From positions 5,332,001 to 5,396,000 of the forward strand of contig JBHGNT010000006.1 in the NCBI GenBank assembly GCA_043228905.1: a stretch of 64,000 nt of DNA. The letters run 5' to 3'. Each line of letters begins with the position of its first letter. Position 1 is the stretch's first letter. The position numbers and the translations under genes were made by a program. Below, one piece after another: positions 38,101 to 49,551 of the stretch. Origin of the DNA: Azolla caroliniana. Lineage: Eukaryota > Plantae > Polypodiophyta. The notes under the pieces are model-generated. The model saw only the letters and a list, made by a program, of their open reading frames with translations, did not search any database and was not told where the DNA came from.

Positions 38101-40421
38101 AAAGCACCGCCGAGAGACTGATGCAGCATTGGGCGTCCGAATGGACCAAATCAAGGGGACTTGATTCTCTTGGTGCTGATGTCGGGTGTGATGCGGCTAC
38201 CTGTTTGTCGTACTGGCAATGCTCGCAGAATTGGTGATCCGAGAAGGAGAACTTGGGGATGTAACCGGCTCTGGATAGGTGCGTTATGCCGGCCTTGCTG
38301 AGGTGTCGAAGTCGTCCATGCCATAACGATGCCACAGGGATATCAACCAGAAATAAGTCACCCTCTTTGAATGTGACATATAAAGGGTACAAAGAGTGTA
38401 CCTTTGGTCCTCGAGTAAGCAGGAGGTTCCCTTTGTGGAGTGTCCACCCTCCTGATGAGAACACGACACGGATGCCAGCTTCGTCAAGTTGTCCGACTGA
38501 GATCAAGGGTCTTGAAAGCTCAAGAATGTGTCGGACGTTGTGTAGTACGAGTGTAGAGCCACCCGGAAGGTTGAGCTCTACGGTGCCGATTCCGATTATG
38601 GCATAGTGTTGCGAGTTCCCAACTCGAACTGAGTCGGAGTGCCGGTCCGACTATTGCTAAAACTGAGATCGGTGAGGTGTCACATGATACGATGTGCCCG
38701 AGTCCAGGAGGCATGTGCTTGATTCCTCAGTCGTAAGTAGAACTTCTGATTTGATTGGGTTCTCTATGGACAGTATGTTTGGGTCGGTCGTCAAAATTTC
38801 GGCCGAAGAGCCGACGTAGTTGACCTCCTCATGCCGGCTACTCTTCTAATCCGCTCTCTGAGTTTTGTCAGTTTTTGCTTTGAGTGCCCGACAGTCGATT
38901 TTGATGTGTCCCGGTTTCTTGCAGTAGTTGCAGATTCGGTTGTCTCAGGACTTGCTCCGGCTTCGTTGATTGTTCGGCGGTCGGGAATAACTTCTTCCCC
39001 GGTTGTTCGATCGATCAGTCAAACCTTGTACTACATAAGCTTCATCTGCCGAGTCTTTGGCAAAAGACTTTCTCCGAGTTGCTTCAGTCAGGATTGCGCT
39101 CACGATTTCGGAGTACTTAATGGCAGTTGTTGAAGCATTGCACACGGTTGTGACGAAAGTTTCCCAAGAAGAGGGGAGACTACTCATGAGTATCATTGCT
39201 TTGAGTTCATCCTCTATTTCCGTCCCCTGAGACGATATTTGGGAGGTTAGGCTTTCGTACTCATTGAGGTGTGCCTGAACCCAATCGGATTCTTTCATCC
39301 GCAAGTTGTAGAGGCACTGGATCAGATACATCTTCGTTGCGGCGACCTTCTTTTCATAAGTTTCCCACAATGTTTTCCAAAGTTCAAAAACTGTTGAGCA
39401 TGATTGCAATGTGAAGTACACTGACTCCGACAAGTGCATCCGAATCATGGTGTGGACGATTCTGTTCAGCTTTAGCCACTTCGTTTTCCTTGTATGCGTC
39501 TGGAGGATTTTCATTCTCAATCGGGTCTATCTGACCCTTGACTATGAGACAGTCTTGCATTTGTTCCTTCCAGAAGTTGAAGTTCAAACCGTCGAACCTC
39601 CTTAGACTCATCTCCGATGAGCCGGATGTTGATGCCATCTGATTCGGTTTCGGTTGGTAAGACTCTATTTGGAGTTGACTAGGAACCTTAGTTGGGTGCA
39701 GCCGATCGGCTCACCCGATATCGTTCTAGTCGGTCTTGAACCCAAGTCGGTTTGGTTTCGGATACTTGTTTGCTGAACCTTCTTGGAGTGACTCTGGTTA
39801 GCTTCTGATTGTATGTTGAATACCGATCACAAAAAACCAATTGTCTAGGCCGATTCTGCTTCGGATGACTGCAACGATTAGAGGGACAGATCCAACTGAT
39901 CCTCCAGAATGTCGATCAGCCGAATGAAGCACGAATTTGGTTGTTGCCTGGAGACCAATCTCAAGTGGTTACAATCATAGGAACAGAGTACAGTCGCCTA
40001 GCTTACTCCAATTAATGACAACACAGTGAGATGCAAACTTCTTGTTTGTCTTCTCTCTTCTCTGTGCTTCAAGAAAAACAGAAATAGAGTGTTGTGTGGT
40101 GTACTATGATGGCCGACAGCGGGTTGAAGAACCTCCAACGCTCTGATACCAAATGTTGGGGACAAGGTCGTCAGTGCGGAAGAACAAACAACATTTGTGA
40201 TGTTGAAGGACCTGTGTATGAGAATGAAAATGATACAAAGAGAGAGATCGGCACAAAGAAATGTTTTATTTCTTAATAGCAACAGTTACAAACTGACAAT
40301 CAACACCTTCACTAAAGGTTACAAAGTCACTTTATATCGTGACTATCCTAGGGCAACTGCCCAAACTTGGGTTGTCTAAAGGGACAGTGTGAATACGGCC
40401 ATTATACACTTGTATTCGACA
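35129..40421 (-). mobile_element. Ty1/Copia LTR retrotransposon (element B2, Tnt1/Tork-like), full-length, decayed, inserted in the 5' LTR of element A
   Basis: LTRs at 35129-35439 and 40154-40421; PBS TGGTATCAGAGC (40140-40151, minus); PPT ctccccc at 35440; perfect TSD CAAGG. Confidence 0.96.
35641..39638 (-). pseudogene. Copia gag-pol (B2) with stops and frameshifts
   Basis: RFDGLNFNFWKEQM gag, LLDSG protease, TDNGGEF/EQNGIAERMN integrase, QLDVKTTFLHG/LYGLKQSPRQWY RT, DNVADGMTK RNase H. Confidence 0.93.
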
Positions 40422-41524
40422 CAAGGTGCACCCGAGTATTTATAAAAGAATGTGGAGATATGCATGTAAGCTAAGAAACATCTAGAGAGTGCATGAAGAT
40501 GCATTCTCTAGAAGTTTCTTGAAAGTTCTAGTGATTAACTTACAATGTAATAACTTGAATCTTATACAATATGATAAGGCATATGGATGCAACTCAATTG
40601 GTAAGGTTGCCTAATAAGACTAGGAGGTCATGGGTTCAACCCCCTTCATTCCATCGTGTCCATCAACTTTTAATAACTATCACTTGTTGAGATCATAATC
40701 TACCTCCTATTTCCAACAAATGTCCAATCAAGCATTTAAGATCCCCCATCTAAATCTGGAATTGGCTCATATGATGATAATAATCCTTTCAACTTATCCC
40801 AAATAAAGGTATAACCTCTTGGAATACAAAATGTTTATCTTGCTGCTTGAAAGGCCATTAATCTTCTTTGTGACTCACACAATTATAATATTAATAATTG
40901 TGTGAAAAACACTACTTACAAATTACAATGGGTGTCACAATGGAGTATGGTCACCCACTATATTACATGGGTAGCGGAACATGTTGAATTGCCAATAAGC
41001 AAGACAAACACTCCAATGAGGAAATAATTTCCACTTGCTTTAATAAAAAAATTGCCACATTAGTAATCCCTTCAACTTTCGTATATATGCTTTGCATCCA
41101 TGCCTACCATCAAATACAAAAGCATTGCGCATATCTCAATAATGATGCAATCCTCAATACCTCAAAAATAGGAAAACAACCTCCATGTTTGATTTTGTGA
41201 CAACACGTGTGAATTATGCAAACACCCATTGTCTTGGTGTCAAATAACATTGTGATAAAACTTGCCAAGTTTAAGATTTGTAACTCCAAATCTGACAAGC
41301 AATTGAATATTGTATAAAATGACGGGTACTTCCTTCAAATGTTGAATAATGCAAAAGAAGTGATTGTCGGTTGGTAGCCCATGTTGCTTTAGAGCTAATC
41401 CCAATGGCAATTTCCCAATCAAAACTCTTCAAATGAAAACCTTTGCTGCAAGTGGAAATTTTGAATGCCAACTACATTTTAAGATCTACACCATCCATGA
41501 TCATAGTTATGATTAGGTGATAAC

Positions 41525-41580
<56 letters not shown>

Positions 41581-41583
<3 letters not shown>

Positions 41584-42804
41584 ATATGGAAGAAAAATCC
41601 AAGACAAAGAAGAGGACAAGGAGGGGTGGCATGTTTGATTAAGAAGGAAATAGAGAAATATGTGTCAATCATAAAAAATGATGAACATAAATGCTACATA
41701 TGGCTCAAAATAGAAACACCTAATGATTTGCCCCCTTTTGTAGTTAGATGTTACATTCCTCATCAATATTCCAACTTTTATGCTTGTTTGGATAAAGATC
41801 AACCTTTTGCCAATCTAGAAGATGATATTGCTTATTTCAAATCCAAAGGGGAAGTTATTGTCTTTGGTGACATGAATGCTCGTACAAGAAGTTTCCAACT
41901 TGATTCACAAGAATCTTTCATGCCACATATCTCGAGGAAGCAAGAGGATATACAAATGTATAGCCGCTCTTCCAGCGATGAAAAAGATCCTAACCAATTT
42001 GGGAAGTTACTCCTACAAATGTGCAATAGTACCGCATTGCTTATTGCAAATGGTATTTCCTTATGGCCCAACACTAATGGTTTTACATGTAGAAACCACA
42101 ATGGAAATAGTATGATTGACTATGTGCTACTTCCCGAAGGTATTTTGGATCGTATTCATAAATTCTCACTTGGTGAATGGACACTAGAATCCAATCATAG
42201 GCCTTTATGTATTGATCTCAAATGTATGCATAGGTTTGATTGTGAGAAGGCTATGGAAGATAATAAACAACCGCACTTAAGCATGAACCTTAAGCGAGCG
42301 CCCATGTATTCCAAGATGGTTGAGGATATGTTACAAATGACAAAGATACAACATGGTACCACTCTAGAATGCAAATGGGAAGCTTTCAAGAAAGTCATTC
42401 TCTCTTGTACAAACAAATGTTTTTCGACCAACCACACATCTTGGAAATGCACCAAGAAACTTAGGAAAAAATGGTTTGATAAAGAATGTCATGAAGTTCG
42501 AAAGTGCCTTATGGTTTTGGATGTAGTTCAGCATAAAGAGAATTATCAAAATCATTTGCATGAGTATAAAAGGCTTATTGAAAGAAAGAGAAGAATATGG
42601 GAAGTTACTCAACAATTTATCCGAATGCAAGAGAAAGCACATGCATGTGCTAAAATTTGGGGAAATCTAAAGGGGAAACGTGTTGAGAGTTATGGTGACT
42701 TAACACTTCACAACTTGTCTATGAATTGTAAGAATTTATATGAGTTATCTCTTGCCGGAAAGATGATGTGTTATGGTTCTCTTTCACATATGCATAGGAC
42801 TTAA
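41581..42804 (+). mobile_element. Non-LTR retrotransposon APE endonuclease fragment (RTEX-like)
   Basis: 407-aa ORF with GGVACLIK, YIPH, GDMNART, NQFGKLLLQMC...LLIANG, FTC...SMIDY, SNHRPL and downstream KWFDKEC. Confidence 0.85.
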
Positions 42805-44439
42805 GAAATTGGCCTCTCGAAAGGCAAGCGATCTTCAATGTCAGAGTTGGAAGAAGAAGACTTCGCACATCTTTTTGTCGAAGCGGTGAGGGAGTTTGGA
42901 CGAGCAACAACAAGAAGAGAGACGGCGCAGCAAGTTGTTGAGCGAGTGGTCGAAAGAGTCAGTCGTTTCAACGGGGACAAGGTCCCATTCTATTTGGAAG
43001 CCTACAACATGGAAATGGAGGAGCGAGACGTAGACGAGGCATTGAGGCTGGAATTCTTCTATCGGGTCGTCGTCGTTCGTATGCACGCAGAAGTGAAGGA
43101 GCTCTGAGAAGCTCATAGTTCGTGGGAGGCCTTTAAAGAGGCGCTCCTGCAGGCATATGGAGGACGTCGAAAGAGCCAGGGACGACGCGGCTTTGAATAG
43201 TAGGTTGCATCGGCAAAGACCCATCGGGGCTCAACGAAGGTGTTCCGAGAGTTCGAGCGACGACTTGCTCGGCTCCCGGAGCGGGAACAAGGTTTGGTGG
43301 GGGCGGACAAAGTCTTGTTGTTCGTTAAGTCGATCGACCGAGCCGAACGGGAGGCCATCGGGATTGAGCTCGAAGACGAGGACGGAGCGAATGGCCTTAT
43401 GGAGGACTAGTCGAAGGTCAGAAGGGTATGCCAACGGCTAGATGACGAGCAAGCCGAGAAGGCTAGGAGGAAGGCGCGCGACGGCGTGCCATCACAACGG
43501 GAAGAGGCCGAACGGCAAAGAGAATCAACAAGGCTCGGCTTCGGGGCCAAGATTGCGGAGGCGTACACAGCTCTCGAGGCAATGCTCGAGGAAGAGGAAA
43601 GATCGAGGCTACAAGCCGACGCCGAGGAGACGGACTTGCCCCACGAGATGGCAAAAGATCGGTACCACGGTACCACGGGAGAGGGTGCGGAACAAAACGC
43701 CCTCTCGGCTTACGGAGATAGAACAATCGAGGACAAGGTTGAGGTACCGATCGCAGAATTAGAACATTGGAACCGGCGGTTTCGGGCACGTCAGCCCGAA
43801 ACTCCGGACATTGGAGAAGCAAGCCCAAGCGGGGCTTGCGCGATCAGGTAAGAAGACGACCACCAACCACGAGGAGTCGGTGGCTACAGACAAGGGCGTA
43901 AATAGGACGGGCGATTCTGCACGTCTTCCCACACTTGCTCCCGAGACAATGGCAGTCGGGCCCGAGTGCCCACGTGAGTCCCAAGAGGAGGAAGGCGGCG
44001 GCGAGAGACTGAGAATCACCGGCGAGACGATACGGGGAAGGAACAGACAAGAGCCCTCGGGACCGATTTCGAAGAACTCGACATTCGGGCCCTTACACCC
44101 ATGTGAGACCGAGGAGATGGGTAACGGTATCTAGGAGTCCTGGCATGATGCCAGCGAAGATGGATGGGAAATGGCCCGCGAAAAGGTCGACGAAGAGACC
44201 AAGAAATGACCCGACCGGGGTCAGAATCGGCATGAGGGTGCCAATACGGAAGAGGGTGTGGAACGAGCCAGCCTCTTTTACATGGGGAGAAAGAGTGATC
44301 GGGCGAAGGTCGGGGATCGGAGGGAGGTGATCAAGGGTTCGGAACGCGTCCGGCAAGATCGGCATCGGAGCCGAAACTCCGGACATTGGAGAATCAAGCA
44401 GATGTTATCCATCGGCACCACTAAAAGGGTCGATGACCC

Positions 44440-45560
44440 CGGATGAGTCGTCACGAGTCGTTACGAAATCGGTGTCCCCACATCTTGACCGGAGACTTCG
44501 GCAGTTTGAGCCAACATGGCAACGTGAGACCAAAAGAGATGGAAGATGGGGGCGGGAACGCAGCAAGGAGAGCGACGACGAATCCGGTAAAAGTACAAGG
44601 GACGAAGCGGAGAGCGAGGACCAGTCCTATGGGTCACCTCAAACCGGGCTAGAGACTTCGACGGTCAGCATCGGATCCGACGTAAGACCAAGATGCTGAC
44701 GGTGGCGGCAGGAGAATGGGACCCGGCAATGCGAAATGACAAACGGACCCGGACGAGAACCGGGTGGAGCGGACTTCCGGATAACCGATCCGGAAGGGAG
44801 GAAGAGGCAGGCCTACAAAGAGGCCGGGAACACGATACAATGGTGCCACGAGGGAGGGTGTGGAGCAAGCCACCCTCTCAACATGCAGAAAAGGGCGACT
44901 CGGGAAACGATCAGGAAGACAAATCGGGGCCCAAGGAGGATCCTTCACACCAGATCTAGAGACTTCGGCAGTCGGCAGCGGAGCCGACGTAAGACCAAGA
45001 GATTGACGATGGCAACGAGGGGACGAGGGGATGAGGGAAAAGGGGCAGCGGATGGGCGTTCCTATGGGATCCTCACACCAATCCGGAGAACCCGGAAGTT
45101 CAAGCCGACATGGCAACGTGAGACAGAGTGTGAAGGATGGTGGCGGCAGGAAACGAGAACCGGCGATGTGGGAAGTGTGGATGGGCAATCCTACGGCGAT
45201 CCTTACACCGATCCGGAGACACTGGCAGTTCAAGCCGACATGGCAACGTGAGGCCGAATGAGAAGGACAGTGGCGGCAAGTGAACGGGATCAAGCAAAAG
45301 GAGCGGCAAGGAGGTATGAGGCCGGCGAGGCGGCCACAAACCAATACCGGACCTTCCGACAAAGTCGATGGGAGGAGGACGAAGAAGAAAAGGAAGGCGT
45401 TCCTATGGGATCCTCACACCGATCCGGAGACACCGGAAATTCAAGCCGACATGGCAACGTGAGACCGAGTGTGAAGGACGGTGGCGGCAGGAAACGGGAA
45501 CCGACGATGCAGGAAGAGCGGACCGAGAGCCGGCAAGGCCGGAGTTGATGAGGGCCGAAC
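44440..45560 (+). repeat. Degenerate tandem repeats inside element C
   Basis: Recurring core tcct[c/t]acaccgatccggagac..ttcaagccgacatggcaacgtgag at ~44510, 45100, 45230 and 45440; another copy lies at ~46700. Confidence 0.8.
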
Positions 45561-45857
45561 CCTTACACACCGGTTATGGTTTCGAAAGGAAGTCGGTGAG
45601 GGGTAAGTACGGGGCAGAACAAGAGACGTGTGAGTGGCCATCGAGGCCGAAGCAAGCACGAGTACGGGACGACGTTCGGCACAGGCCGTGCCGAACAAGG
45701 AAGGTGGAGGACGCCGCGTGGCACGGCGACCATAAAAGGAACAAGGAGCGCGTAATGGGGTCATCTAAGGACCGAAGAACGAGTGCGCATTCGGGGAACG
45801 ATAACGGCACACGGGAAGAGCCTGTGGAAGGCAAACAGGGAGGTGTTCGGGACGCGG

Positions 45858-46552
45858 TGTCGCGTTGTTACGCGCATGCGTGGAGAACGAGGCGGGACCA
45901 CCAGGGTCTTGGACCGAGAAATAGCTGAGAAGGAGGAGAACGGAAAGGCAACAGACGCACTTGCACACGCACAGACACAGGAGCACACAGGAATCATAGT
46001 CCAACAACACAGCAAAATGAGACGACTAGAAGTCCGAGTATATGAACATGTATGTGTATAAATATATATATATATATATCAAGACGGTTACAACTAACAT
46101 GCCAGCAAGGCGAACACCGACGCCTGTTCACTCACACACAAAAGAGCGAGATGGAGACTCTGCCGGAAGCACACGGGCGTTCCACAGAGCAGAGTCAGCC
46201 TCCCGAAAACCTACGCAAAATGGTTATGGAGAGTGGCAAAGGAGAAGGGCTCGGTCCCAGTCCGGCAGCACTTCGTCCTCCCTAACGCGCGATACCCTTT
46301 CCATTCCTCTCGCTCTCTTTTATAGCCCAAGGAGGGAGCCCGTTATCATCCGTTACATCACATTAATTCTCTGTCCTTTCGGACAGAGATACACCTCGAT
46401 TCTCTCCCTATTGAATGCATGCTACCTAGGATTTCCCCTCAGTCGACTTGTACCTACCTACTTACCATACAACGAAAAGTGTGCTCGCGTGTAAGGGCCG
46501 GTTTACACACGCTAAACTCGGTTTCCGCCTAGGGACGGTTTTCTTCACGACA
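45858..46552 (-). mobile_element. LTR related to family C, in inverted orientation inside element C
   Basis: Starts tgtcgcgttgttacgcg and ends ttcttcacgaca, matching the reverse complement of the family-C termini; shares ttttatagcccaaggaggga. No clean TSD. Confidence 0.7.
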
Positions 46553-47920
46553 ACAGAAACAATTGAACCAACAGAGGGATGCGCGGCACGCGGAGGCGTC
46601 GGAAAGAAAGTACGCGCGTGGTGGATGGTTGCCGGATCAGGAGATATCGGGTAGAAGGCCGGAGAGGGATCCTCCACACCGGTTCCGGAGGCCGTGGCAG
46701 TCCAAGCCGACGTGGCAACATAAGACCAAGGAGAAGGAAGGTGGTGGTGAGGGGACGAAGGCGATGGGCAACCGCACGGGACGGCAACCAGGATCACGCG
46801 GATGATCGACCGAGGCAAGCGGGCCACGACGGGTGTTCCTCAAGCGTGGAACACCAAGCGTACGGCGGAGAGCAGAGAGCAGAGCGTGCATACGGCCGAG
46901 CGGAGGGCCAACAACGGGGCACGCGTACTACGGGGTCGCGGAGGACGACCTATTGACGGGTCGAACGAGCCTACAGAGAGGCAAGCGCGAACGATGAACC
47001 GTAGCTAACGGTTCAAACCAGAAGCGGTCAATGAGGCAAGTCGGGATGCAGGTCACAGAGGACCGGTTTCTCACCGGCCCGAATCTTTCGTCTTTCTCCG
47101 GATTTGGCACGTACCAGTGGACGTGCGGTTTGGTGGGGGCGGATGTCGTGAATATTTCGCGCCACAATGAGAAATCAGAGAATGTTGGAAGGATCGGCAA
47201 GGTGCACCATGTGCACCCGCCCTTGTACAGAATTAGCATACGGGCTAGGGGGTGCCTTTGTGGCGCCGAATAGGCAATAAAGTTGAGACAGAGGATCCCA
47301 TGTAATATGGGATTTATCCCATATTGTAACGTCCTTCCCTCCTTGGGCTATAAAAGGAAGGAAAGGGGTCTCTTGTATGGGGTTGCCCATTTTGTGTTAG
47401 AGGGTATACCGTTAGTTTAGGTTTAGGCAGTTTCTCTTATTCTAACTTCGTTCTAGGGTTTCATCTTGGTACTTCCCTCTCTTCTTCTTCTTCGTCGTGT
47501 GGGTGGAGAGTTCGTTTTGGTTTTGGGTTTGCTTCTGCCCAGCCTCCTGTGCAAGACCCCGCTCGGCGCGACGAGCCCGAGAGCTCCCCGATCGGCGGCT
47601 TGGCAGCAGATTGTTGTTGTAACCTACCCTACCTCGGTCTGGCTCGAAGCCGGGGTTGTAACTTCCCCCCAGTAATATGTATACTTATACCTGTCTGTGC
47701 ATATTGGTGTATTGGCGGTGTCGGGAACATAGCCCTTGTTTCATGTGCATAAGAGTCAGTGTCTTGCGCATGCTCTCTCTCTCTTTGTCTCTTTCTCTCT
47801 CTCTCGTGTTCGGTTGCCTCCGGGACGTGTCCGGAGTCGGTTTCTCGGCACCCCTTTCCCCCTAGTCCGAGACCCCCGTGGTCCCGCCCCTTCTACACGT
47901 ACGCGCGTAATAACGCGACA

Positions 47921-49551
47921 ACATAATATCTTCATCAAATCGGTTTTCGAATGTCGAAATCTGACAACTCCCTCTACGTACAACATGACTCTAGAAGCTT
48001 AATTGTCATCATCGTATACGTGGATGATCTGGTCATTGGAGGTGAACGTCTAGTCGACATCAACAAGGTCAAGTCCCTCCTCTCCGGAAAATTCGAGATG
48101 ATGGACATGAAGGAGCTCCATTACTTCCTTGGCATCGAAGTAATTCTTATTCCGGCCGGCATTATGATCTCTCAACGGCACTACATTCTCAACTTGTTAT
48201 ACAAGCTCTGGATGACTGAGTGCAAATCGGTTGTTATGCCTCTCGATCGAAACCTCAAACTAGATGTTGACTCCGGCACAGACAAGTGCGAGCCGACCCA
48301 ATATCGTCAACTGATCAGGAGCCTCATCTATTTCACGATCACTCGACCCGACCTTAGCTATCCAGTCGGACTCCTCATCCAATTCATGCAAAAACCACGC
48401 GACATTCACTTGGATTACACTAAGCGAGTATTACGATACATGAGCGGCACAATGGATTACGGCGTTCTCTACGCATCGGCCACACCAATACGACTCAAAG
48501 GGTACACAAACGCGGACTGGGTTGGCTACAAAGCCAATCGACGATCGACCTCCATATTTGTCTTCTCCCTCAGCAACGGAGCGATTTCATGGAGTAGCAA
48601 GAAGTAGCCTATCGTCGCTCTTTCGAGTATAGAGGCGGAATACAGGGGCGCGGTCGTAGCTGCATGTGAAGTCGTATGGCTCAAGAGGATTTTGAAGGAT
48701 TTGGGCGTTCCCATCAAGGATCCGACTCCCCTTTACTGCGACAACATGAGCAATATATATTTGGCTCGGAACTCGGTGTTCCACGCACGCACAAAGCATA
48801 TCGAAGTGCACTATCACTTCATTCGAGAGCGCGTACATGCCGGAGATGTCAACCTTCAACACATCAACACCAATATTCAGACGGCCGACATCTTCACCAA
48901 AGCCTTAGGAGCCGACAAGCTTCAGCAATTCATGTCAGACCTTGGGTTGACGATCCCTGAGTTGCCTAGATTGAGGGGGAGTACAAGCGAGAACCGGATA
49001 TCATCCGAATCATATACGAGCCGAAGCGGACACCGGAGATTGTCCGAACCGGATACCAACCGAAGTGGACATCAATCGAAAGGAACCAACCCGAGTTGAG
49101 CTTGAGGGGGCATGTTGAGAATCAAGCTCAACATAGCACAACGTGTGAACACGCCTTTTGAGAATCTATGATTACTCAAAGGTCAAGAGTCACACCACTA
49201 CTCTCTACACATTAACTATGTGTCATGGAATCATATTCTATGACACATAACTAATGAGTTACATATTCCCCATGACTATGAGTCTTCACATTCCCCAAGA
49301 GAGAGAGTGGTTATTGTCAGTTAATGAAGAGAGAGGGTGACTCTATATAAAGCACCCTCCTCATACTTCATACTAAGTCGGTTACATTTTGTAATTCTTA
49401 TTCTACTTGTGAAATATACACTTTCTTCTTGAGTATTTTATTTCTCTTGTCTATCTATCTAGTGTTCTCTCATCTCTCCTCTAATTCCTCTCACACATAC
49501 ACATAACACACATCTCTTCCGCTACACAAGAATGATACCCGATTCTTTACA
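47921..49551 (+). mobile_element. 3' half of a Copia element related to B1 (RT/RNase H plus 3' LTR 49113-49551)
   Basis: YVDDLVIGG, TRPDLSYPVG, KHIEVHYHFIRE; PPT tgagggggca; LTR starts tgttgagaatcaagctcaac and ends ttctttaca. Confidence 0.92.

Larger units (their letters stand above)
17991..40666 (-). mobile_element. Ty3/Gypsy chromovirus, Tcn1-like (element A), degenerate, with nested insertions
   Basis: 3' LTR at 17991-18386 with PPT (ttatcctccccttaagg on +). 5' LTR at ~34993-35128 plus 40422-40666. Minus-strand remnants of gag zinc knuckle (CGTSGHVIRHC), protease, RT ([14 protein letters not shown]; YLDDILVFS), RNase H (TDHKNL), integrase (RPWASLSMDFITDLP; GPF) and chromodomain lead-in (QPPPPPVEL). 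TSD approximately CTTAT/CTTTT. Confidence 0.88.
16678..41528 (-). mobile_element. Degenerate L1-type LINE split by insertions (pieces ~16678-17341, 17694-17990, 40667-41528)
   Basis: zf-RVT-like remnants (AKVFIWRVMVRPLPLG; CFFCSVQLEHSRH..ARMVW) and an A-rich tail on the minus strand at ~16679. Both ends abut (CT)n tracts. Continuity across the Gypsy insertion is inferred from a TSD with one mismatch. Confidence 0.6.
42820..47920 (+). mobile_element. 5'-truncated Gypsy-like LTR element (element C): gag remnant, GC-rich internal repeats, PPT and 3' LTR
   Basis: Gag-like RFNGDKVPFYLEAY...SWEAFKEALL with stops (42838-43440). PPT-like tggtgggggcgga precedes LTR 47144-47920 (TGTCGTG...CGCGACA). 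Copia RT sequence resumes directly after the LTR. Confidence 0.75.

Noticed and set aside
43400-47100. Many overlapping 60-240 aa ORFs as real genes
   Set aside because: GC-rich, repeat-derived retroelement interior gives stop-poor frames on both strands, with no recognisable domains.
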